The notes under the pieces were generated by a model. The model was not told the DNA's origin. It saw only the letters and a program-made list of their open reading frames with translations, and ran no database searches. A DNA stretch of 64,000 nt from the human T2T-CHM13v2.0 reference genome, Homo sapiens, in assembly GCF_009914755.1 (NCBI RefSeq), contig NC_060926.1; one strand, given 5' to 3'. The stretch's first letter is position 1; each line of letters starts with the position of its first letter. The position numbers and the translations under genes were made by a program. Below are positions 53,431 to 64,000 of the stretch, in pieces.

Positions 53431-55189
53431 ATAGTACATGGTTTTACATTTTCTCTTCTTCACGTGTACAGCTAGTGTCACCATAGCTTTTGAAGCCATT
53501 CTCAACTTAGTTTCCTTAAGGCAGGGTTACCTTAAAGAAGTTGAGAAGTCTGAGGAGAAAGACCCCTATTTATTGATAAATTATGAATACATTGTAGCTT
53601 TTGACCTCTCAACATTTTTTGATTATGGATGACCAGCTGGACCTCCCTAAACAACTCCCTAAAGATAGTAGCTATTTCCTATCTCATCTTTTCAATAAGG
53701 TTTTCAGACCCTTAAAGCTAGGAACTATTTCTTATATTTTGTTTGCATTCATGCACTACCTTCAGTGCCTAGGACTACCAAACCAGCTGTAGATATTCAA
53801 TGCAAGCTTAAATGCAGCTGGGAATTTTTCAGTCTTATGCACACACATGTAAATGACAGGATCTGATTTCCTGCTGCAACAAAAGAAGTCACTTTCAAGA
53901 AGCCAGGTCCAGGCAGTCATTCAATCATTTCAATAATTATTCTGTATTTAATATACAAGTCTTTCCACTAAGCACCAGGGATACAATAGTAAACAACATG
54001 GAGTTTATAATTTACAAGCTGTAGAAATAATAATGGTTTTACTATAGACCAAACAATGGTTGCTTCTTGTCCTATTATCCAGTACTTATCTCCCTGTTGT
54101 GTTCCCTTTAGTATGTTACATTTTCACTTTGCTTGTCAGGTCCCTGCTCCTTCCCTCATTTTCTAATTCGGCAATCCCTTTTCCCATCTCTCATTTTTAT
54201 TAAAGATAATATACTAATAACCCTTTCAATTTGAAAATAGATTTTGCTCACGTTTTCCAGTTTCCAGCTACTGGCCAAAATTCATTTCCCTCTTTTTATA
54301 AGGGGCCGGCACTACTTGGCCAGTTTAAGGAGCCATCAAAATCCTAGCAACAACAACAACAAAAAAACAAAATGTTATTGAAGCTGAGCTAATTGATGGT
54401 ATTTTATGGAAGTCCTTTGTGGACAGAGCCCTTTATCCAAGCACCTTTCAAGAGTTTTCAAGCCATTAGGATCAAGGCTAGAGTATAAGTGACAATCGTT
54501 TAAACATCAAACATTACCTGAAGAACTCCATGCTAATATAGGCATATTCTAGGGGACTGGTAGAAATCATTGTAGCTCAGGTGGATTTTCTGAAAAAGGT
54601 TTCTTAAAGGAGATGGACCCAGCTGAATTATAATTCAGGGAGCAGGGGTGGCATGAGCAATAGGGTGGGGTTATGAAAAAATCTGAAGCCCGGAGGACAA
54701 AAATGCTAGTTTCATCTTCTTGGACAGTGATCTTGGGCATTTGAAATAAATTTCCTGAGCCTCTGTTTCCCTATCGTTCAGCTTTGGCACTATCATGACA
54801 CTTTCTGAACTGACCTCTGTGAGCCTCTTCACATTTGGAACTGTCTTCACTTGCGGTTTTTTCACACTTATGAATGAAGTTTTCTCACTTTAGATACAAA
54901 CATTTAAACTTCCAAAACAGATCAACTAAATTGGTAGTTTACTACATTTTAAAAACGTATTTGCTTAAACAAATTTCTTCACAAGGTCTGATTTGTTCCC
55001 CATGGGATAATTGGCAATGTATGTGAAGACATTTTTTGATTATTACAAGTCAGGGATGCTGTAAAGGGCAGAATGCTGCCAAATAAATGTGAACACATAG
55101 GACAGCCTTCCACAGCAAATAAATGTCCATTAATAGCCAAGGTTGAGAAATTAATTAAAAGGATTATTTTCTATAGACAAAGGAAAGGT

Positions 55190-56540
55190 ATATATAATGT
55201 TCATGCCTGCTAAAAATAAACATTGATTTAAAATAGCATGAGATAGCATCAAATTAGCAAACTTTAAAAAAGTTATTAAGATAACAATTCTAGCAGAATT
55301 GATATTCATTGGCTCAACTGCTTTTCCTAAGAGCAGTGTACCATATTTATCAAACTCTTACAATGATTATTCCTGTTGACTCAGTTGGCAATTTCAATCT
55401 AGAACTATATGTCATGGAAATAATGTTAAATGCGGGGGAAGTGGCCCACCAAAAATATTCATCATAGCTTTACTAATAGGAAAATCTGAAGACAATCTAA
55501 GGGGAATGGTTAAACACATCTCATTATAGGAATGTTATGTAGCTATTCTCATACATGATGTTTGTTAGAAATTTGTAGTAACATGAAAAATTATTAATGA
55601 TAATGTGTAAAGAAAAGGAGAAGGGCCAGGTGTGGTGGCTCACGTCTGTAATCCCAGCACTTTGGGAGGCCGAGGCGGGCGGATCACGAGGTCAGGAGAT
55701 CGAGACCATCCTGGCTAACACGGTGAAACCCCATCTCTACTAAAAATAGAAAAAATTAGCCGGGCCTGGTGGTGGGCACCTGTAGTCCCAGCTACTCAGG
55801 AGGCTGAGGTGAGAGAATGGCGTGAACCTGGGAGGCAGAGGTTGCAGCGAGCCGAGATCGCGTCACTGCACTCCAGCCTGGGCAACAGAGCAAAAGACTC
55901 CGTCTCAAAAAAAAAAAAAAAAAAAATAGAAAAGGAGAAGATAACTGGAATATAGCATGATCACAACAAAGCAAAATAAATCAATGCCTGAAAGATTGAA
56001 AGAAATGTGAAACACATCCATATAAATTGATTTATAAACATTTTGATTGACAACATTTCAACCACACTGTATAAGTCACATAATACATACATGGACACAT
56101 CTCCACGATTGTATTTTGTGGCATATACCATCCGATGTTTCTTTCACATATGTTAAGTTTTCCTGATTTAAAAATCTAGGAAGACAGGAGTTTACATTTT
56201 ATTTTCTTCATCATATTAAGGATGTAGTTATATGTTATACGAGACTATTAAACAATCCAGGATTCTCTCATGCATTGTTGATGGGACTGTAAATTGATAC
56301 AGCCTCTCGGGAAGTTACCTTATTGATGCGCACGTGCTTCAACACAGCAATCTCACGTTATTCTAGGGTCACAGTAACAGATCTAAGCAAAGCTGTATGT
56401 ACAAAGGGGTTTATTATATCATAGTTTGAATAAGGAAACTTTGGACGCAAACTAAGTGCCCAAAAACAGAGAAATAATAAAAATAAATTATCCTACTATG
56501 CATTAACTAAACTTTTTATAAGTAGAATATATTCACAGAT
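55190..56540 (+). mobile_element. L1ME-like 3' fragments hosting an Alu
   Basis: 'tatcaaactcttacaatgattattcctgttgactcag', 'aaggggaatggttaaac', 'cattgttgatgggactgtaaattgatacagcc'. Confidence 0.6.
55624..55927 (+). mobile_element. Full-length AluY-like element
   Basis: 'gatcacgaggtcaggagatcgagaccatcctggctaacacggtgaaacc', 'gagaatggcgtgaacc'; perfect TSD agaaaaggagaag (55611-55623 / 55928-55940). Confidence 0.95.
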
Positions 56541-58109
56541 AAACTTTTGTTATCAAAGTAATAAGGGCTTTTCAAAAAGCCATTGGCAGAGATGAGTAGT
56601 ATACACTATCAGCTTTAGCAGACTTGTGACACTCAAGCTAGTTTAAATATCTGCTGACACCCTAGGGTTTTTGAAACCTAAATTTAATCTCTTCTTATCT
56701 ATGTATTAATTTATTTAATGAAAAACCAACAAATATTAAAACACATTTGTACACAGAAGAAAGAGGCATATCCTAGCTAGGTTAGCGGTAAAATGCCACT
56801 TAAGCTTATCCAAAAAATAATGGAATTAAATTTCATTTGTTTTAATTGTAACCAATTATTGTATAACCTGGCCTAGATGACCTTCCCTATTGCTGGGAAC
56901 TTGTGTTTCTCAAGACAACCTGTGTCACCTCTGGACAATTTCAATTATGAATGTTTCTTTTTCATAGTAATTCCAAATTTGCCGTATTGATTTTCCTCAC
57001 CTCTATTTCAAAAGTTCATTTCTTGTAAACAATTTTCAAGTTGCAAGCCAGGCTCCCTGCTTATCTCCTTCCATTGAAAGAAGAAAAAGTATACCATCAG
57101 GTCAGGCTGTCTGAGGTAAAAATTTGGCGGAACATCAGCATACCTTTCTTGCCCTGCATGCACTAAAAAATGACTAAATTATCTAGCCACTAAGCCCTCA
57201 CACTCTGCTATTCTTAACCTATAGTTCACAATCAGTCTCCTCTTTTCATCACTCCTGATATCCTGATATCCCTACCCCAGGTCCTTTTCAACTATCCATT
57301 TCTTATCTCGTATTAACTTCTTATGGAAATTCAAACACATCAGAAACCCCAACCCACCCTCCTATTCAGCAGGAAAAGCTTAACTCTTGCATTCCTGGAA
57401 GGTAGAACCCATCTGACTTGAGCATCATCAGCTTTCTTCCTCATGACAAGAAACGACTCAGAATTTCTCTTTTTCTGTCCAAGGTAAGGCCTAGTCTATG
57501 TGGTCTTAACGCCAATTTCCCTTGTTGCATTCAGTACAGCCTTCCTCCATAGTATTCTTGACCCCACTTCCTCTTGCCTGGCTCCATCATTTGAGATAAT
57601 GGCTGCAACTCTGCAAACCTTCCATCTTTCTTACATTATTCACTCTGACCTCTTACAATTAATATATTGAACAGAGTCCTGTTTTTAAAATGAGAAAAGT
57701 CTAAAAACAAAAACTTCCTTAAATTTTCTTTACCTAAAGCTGTTGTCTTCCTTTGTTCTTTCCTTTGTCATCAGCACTTATTTCACCAATGTTTTAAGAG
57801 TCTGTGTGCACATAATACTCTTCTATACAGTTAGAGTGGAGCTAGTCATAAAAATATATAAGACATAATCTGTGATTTAAAAGTTTAATCTATTTTTGGA
57901 AACAAGAAACTTCCTGGGGAAAAAAAAAACTGCCTCCACTTGCTGTCTGCACTTTCTCACTGTCTCGTCAATCAGACCCATCACATCCTCAATCAAATTT
58001 CCACTTCCAACACCATCAGGGATATATCGATTCTTAAATCCAAGACTTCTTCTCAGTTCTCATCCTCTTTGGCCTTTCTTCCTTTAGAGATTGCCAATGA
58101 TTGAAAAAG

Positions 58110-58320
58110 TGTTTTCATAGATATGATCAAAACTGATCCTCACGATAACCCTGTAGAAGAGATATTCCACCACAACCCTAATTCCCCATCTTTATTTATC
58201 AGATGAGGCTCAGAGAGAGTCTCAGTTTGCCCAAGGTCACCCAGCAAGTGCATAACAGAAACTGGACTTGTTCCCATATTTTCAGACTCCAGAGCCACCA
58301 CACTTCTTACTCTCTACCCC
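58110..58320 (-). mobile_element. MIR SINE
   Basis: 'gatcctcacgataaccctgt', 'gaggctcagagag...tttgcccaaggtcacccagc', 'gactccagagcc'. Confidence 0.75.
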
Positions 58321-59680
58321 AGGTGCCTTCCATGGTTGACTAAATGAATGAATGGATGCATCTATATCAATCATGCTTGCATACAGAATGCAGAATCTTT
58401 GAAAACATTTTTCTTTCTCTGACCTCATCTGACAGCACTTCATGCAGCCCTAGATATGGAATTAGTATCTAGTAAATGTTGCTGTCGAAGTTGCAACGCA
58501 AAGTACATGGCAGACCTTAGGTACCCGAGTGAGACTGATGGAACCTCATTGTGCTGAAATGCTATCTTTAGGATTCCTGTCATAAACATACCTTACATGT
58601 AAACCAGCTTTATAATTAGGATCTTTTGGTGCCTGAGTAACTCAGAAGCTTTATCTGAAGAGCAGATAAACCTCATTTTATTGTATTTCACTATAAGAGG
58701 GTAATGTTTCAGTGAAGTACTAATTTACAAATAATTACCTTTATTCAAATATTTTTGGGTAATCAAATAAATTGGAGAACCTTAAATGCCCAGATTAAAT
58801 TCACTGCTCAACGTATAAAACCTTTAATTGATGGATCAATTCCCATCATGTTATAGTCTAATCTTTTTGAAACTCTTATGACTCGTATCACCTAAGTGTC
58901 TGTATCAGTGATGCTTCTTCCTTTCTTATAAAAATCATGAACTCAGGTTATCTGAAATTGCTGCCTTCTCTAATTTACTTGCAGGTAACTTTTTTAAAAA
59001 AACTGCCTACATCTGTTGTTTCAGGAAAATTGTTGTCTTAAAAAGGTAGCTCTCCACCTGCTTTTTCTAAAGAGGCATAGACACATCTGGGTTTTTATCT
59101 TCAAACAATCTCTTGCTTATAACCCTAATTAGTCCAGTCATTTACTTTCATTTGTTGCCAGCCTGTTTGAACATTTTACTGCCATTTGAAATGTTTTCTG
59201 AAACTTGCTGCTTATTGTCTTTCTCTAGCCTAATATGTAATTTTTCCTTAATTTGGCTTATTTACATAGCTTTCTTCCTACTTCACAATTTCTTTGTAAA
59301 TGGATATTTTTAAATTTCTTCCATATGTCTACATAACTTGTCTGAGATCTCTGTTAGGTATTTATTTGTGTGAACTGCTGCCTTTTTCTTTCTTTATACT
59401 TCCTTGGATAAATCCACCTTCATTTTGTTCTACTTTTGAAGAGTTTATGATTAAACTCAGCAAAATCTTTATGTTTGCAATGTTAGTCCATGAAAGAAAC
59501 TTTCACTTGCTAGGTACCCAACACGTGCACAACACTGTGCTAAGCTATGGGATAAAAAATCCAGGCAGAAGGAAGACCATGAAAACAGAATGTAACACAA
59601 GAGTTCTTATATTTAGGAAAAATTGAAATGTAACAGGGTAGACAGGATGTCTAAAAAATCAGTTCAAAAGAATATGTAAA

Positions 59681-59770
59681 GCCAGGCATGGTGGCGAATG
59701 CTTGTAGTCCCAGCTACTCAGGAGGCTGAGGCAGGAGGATGGCTTGAGCCAAGGAGTTCAAGGCCAGCCT
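59681..59770 (+). mobile_element. FLAM / Alu monomer
   Basis: 'gccaggcatggtggcg...tgtagtcccagctactcaggaggctgaggcaggaggatggcttgagccaaggagttcaaggccagcct'. Confidence 0.85.
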
Positions 59771-59772
59771 AT

Positions 59773-59916
59773 AGAAGAGCAAGAAGGAGGAGGAGGAGAA
59801 GGAGGAGGAGGAAGAGGAGAAGGAGGAGGAGGAGGAGGGGGAGGAGGGGGAGGAGGAGGGAGAGGAGGGGGAGGAGGAGGAGAGATAGGAGGAGGAGGAG
59901 GAAGAGGAAGAGGAGA
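59773..59916. repeat. (GGA)n-rich polypurine tract
   Basis: About 140 nt of almost pure purines on the plus strand. Confidence 0.95.
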
Positions 59917-60194
59917 ACATAGCAACCAAATTTAAATTGATTCCCTATGAACTCTGAGGGAATAGCAGTGATGGGTTGAATTCATGAAGGATGGTTCTTG
60001 GGAATGATAAGAGAAGTATATGGAATGTCAGTGGTCCAGCTGGTGGTGGCAGAAGTAGTCTAGCTAAAGGAAATGGCACAGATGTAGAAGTAAGCAACTT
60101 GTTCAGACAATATCCAATTTGTTTTTGGCTGGATAAGGGAATCAGAGTCAAAAATAAAAGAGCAGGGGAAAGTAGGTGAGAATAGAAGACAAGA

Positions 60195-61060
<866 letters not shown>

Positions 61061-61461
61061 TTTGGATACGATAGGTAGTTAGGTAGACAGATGGATGAGT
61101 CTTGAATGGACGTATGATGATAGTATTCATAAACCCATGACTATAATTAATTCTATATACTTGAAGTCCAAAGATTACAGTGGATGGGGAGTAAAGGGGA
61201 TTTACTGAGTGCACCTTTGGTAAGGTAAGCATTTTTTTTAAAGCCAGGTCATATTTTAGATTATATAATGATATTGAGGGAAACAAAGTAAACACAAGAA
61301 ATCCGCAACAGCCAAATCAAAATTAGACACATTGACAATTCATTTGAATAAACTGCAATTCTGAGAAAAACCTATTACTTGCCTTGTAGTCCACATTACT
61401 TGAGAGCATGGACTATATATGCCCAGCTTCTAAAGCAATTTCTGGCAAACAGTAACCACTA

Positions 61462-61873
<412 letters not shown>

Positions 61874-63713
61874 TTAAGAAAAAAAAAAGTCTGCATTTAC
61901 AAGTACTTGCAGTTAATCAAATTATACTTCTTCTGCATTGCCATGCAATTGCATTAACGGTCAATGACATTTATCAACAGTCCAGTGGAAGGGACACACT
62001 GTGCTAGATCCTGGGAGGAGCTATGAAAGAAGATACATGAGTCAAGCAGGAATGGCCCCTGTTGTTCTAATTTTCACTCAAGCTGAGAATACAAAATGAG
62101 CAAAAGAGAAAATGTCAGAACACTTAGAGTAATCAGTGTAAATGAAGCCAGCACAAACGGCATGTATGGGTACTGAGAGAATGTGGGCAAGGCACCAGGT
62201 GCCCCTTTGGAAGGTAAGAGGCAGTGGAGCTCCTGTGAGAGCTTTCTCATGCTGTTGAAGGAGTCATCGTGTCTTCTTATTTTTTTTTTCAAACTGTGGT
62301 CACAGCCCATTGGAGAGTCATGATTAACACTTATTTAAATAGATAATATCATATTATCTGTATGAATCTATATAGATAAATATATGTGTATTTAATTTTA
62401 CCTGTAATGTATAGACATCTTTATTACACATTTAATTATTACCTATTGTTACAGAAATAGAAGACAGTTTCACAGAGTAGAAAATAGAGTGCCTGCATGG
62501 CAAATACTAAAAATAAGAAAGAAGTGCCAGTTTATTGAACTTTAATTTTGGTTACTTTTACGGTTTCATATTTGTAGGTATGTGCTGGGCTGTAATAGAA
62601 ACAGTATTTCTTACTGTCAGTTGGCCCAACATGTTTGAAAGCCCCAGTAAATTGAGAAACTAAAGGATCTGCATGGCCAGCCGAAGAGGAGGGCGGAACA
62701 AGAAACTCCCCTCCTTTCTGTCCTGTACACATACAGTGATAACTCCTCAAGGCCAGGCAGTAGTCACTCTCTGATAAGTATATATTTTGTTGCCTTGTCT
62801 TTTCAGATTTGCAGTCAGATGAGAATCTTTGTTTAAAACAACTTGCCCCATTTCTTATAGCTATTTGCAAAGCTGGGAGTTTCTGCTTGTGGCTTCCCAA
62901 ATATTTATAGCTCCTCCATCAGTTTAGAAGTTGTTGTCTCATCTTTTTAAGTCTGAATTCTACCTACTCAAGTTAAAGCAACCTTCTTCAGCAACAATGT
63001 GGGGATCCTCTTATCCCTGCCTGTTCTGTCATTTCATCTAGCAGAGCAGTGTTATGATGAGCCCTGTAGGCACAAGTGTATCTCATCCTGTCATTTCTGA
63101 GGTGTGTATGGTTTATTTTAACTATACTATGTAGAAGGAGCTTACATTCATTAAATGTAGTGCATAAGCAATTTTGCTATCCTTTAAGAGTAAATCTGTA
63201 ATTATTCTGTAACAACTGTCTTGCATCATTTCTTTTCTAGATATGCTTTGTAAGTTTTCAAAATTGAGAAAACATTTGAACTACTAAAGTTGAACTTGTC
63301 AGCACTTTTCCTCCAGTGCTCATTTGTCAAAAGTTATTGAAACAATGAAAAATAAATCTTTGCAGAAACAGGAGAAATGGATTCTATGTATGAAGCCCAG
63401 TTGTGTTGGATTTTGTTTCAGTATCTTTTTTTTCACTGCCAGCAAAACAAGACAATTCAACAACCTATGTAAAGTCAGTTTTACAGATTAATCCTGAATA
63501 TTTCAAATGAGCACATAGTTAGCAGGTATCTGCCAAATGAGGCACAACCTTGAAGACAATCAAAGAGTTGGAGCACAGAACCAACAAAAAGCAGAAGGTC
63601 AATAGGTTAGAGGCCTAGTGCCTGATTGTTACCATTGTTGGATATCTCTAACTTCAGTGGGAATTCTCTTTACCACCAGTCTTCATGTGTGCCCATGTGA
63701 GCAGGAAATTGCT

Positions 63714-63726
63714 CCTGTAGGTGGCG
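63714..63726 (+). promoter_or_regulatory. Candidate CTCF core motif
   Basis: CCTGTAGGTGGCG fits CCASYAGRKGGCR with one mismatch and retains a CpG; motif only. Confidence 0.4.
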
Positions 63727-64000
63727 AGCAGAATATGAAGCTCCAATTATGTCTATTCTCTGTTATAGGGGAGAATGGCAGAAGCAAATAGTACATGGGA
63801 TAATGGCTGTTAAGGAAAGCTAATATACTTGAGTAACTAGAAGGTGCTTTGCAATTTTATTATTTATTTTCCATAGAAAGAGAAGTAGAAAATAAGGAGA
63901 CCTTGAAAATAACATTAAATTTATTCTGGACAAACAAGCCAAATGCATTTTATTATACTGAAAGGTAAAGTTCTGAGGTGATTAAAAAATAGGCATCTTC

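Noticed and set aside
59698-59935. Poly-Arg, poly-Ser and poly-Gly ORFs (protamine-like look)
   Set aside because: Translations of the FLAM plus GGA repeat.

Overview
Human (primate) genomic DNA, AT-rich and full of repeats, with no intact protein-coding exon. The landmark is a 31-bp perfect palindrome at 48066-48138 whose minus strand matches the hsa-mir-1258 stem-loop as I recall it. That places the window at the 5' end of its host gene ZNF385B (chr2q31, minus strand); this assignment is from memory, not from a search. The layout is a CpG-island promoter (about 47.9-49.3 kb), an ATG-free first exon ending at a GAG|GTAAGC donor at 48330, intron 1 from 48329 down to base 1, and upstream sequence from about 49 to 64 kb. 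Intron 1 carries an antisense processed pseudogene of TXNL4A/Dim1 inserted into an old L1. The window also has six full-length Alus (one AluYb8), a FLAM, L1M/L2/MIR/L3/LTR/hAT relics, a tailless tRNA-Cys 5'-half retrocopy, a twin-primed L1 fragment and two local duplications. I see no convincing new biological system. The best leads are the strand-symmetric miR-1258 hairpin, the long-open Dim1 retrocopy, the tRNA-half retrocopy, a 174-bp templated insertion and candidate uORF-bearing 5'UTR cassette exons. Boundaries of old repeats are approximate and subfamily names are by eye.
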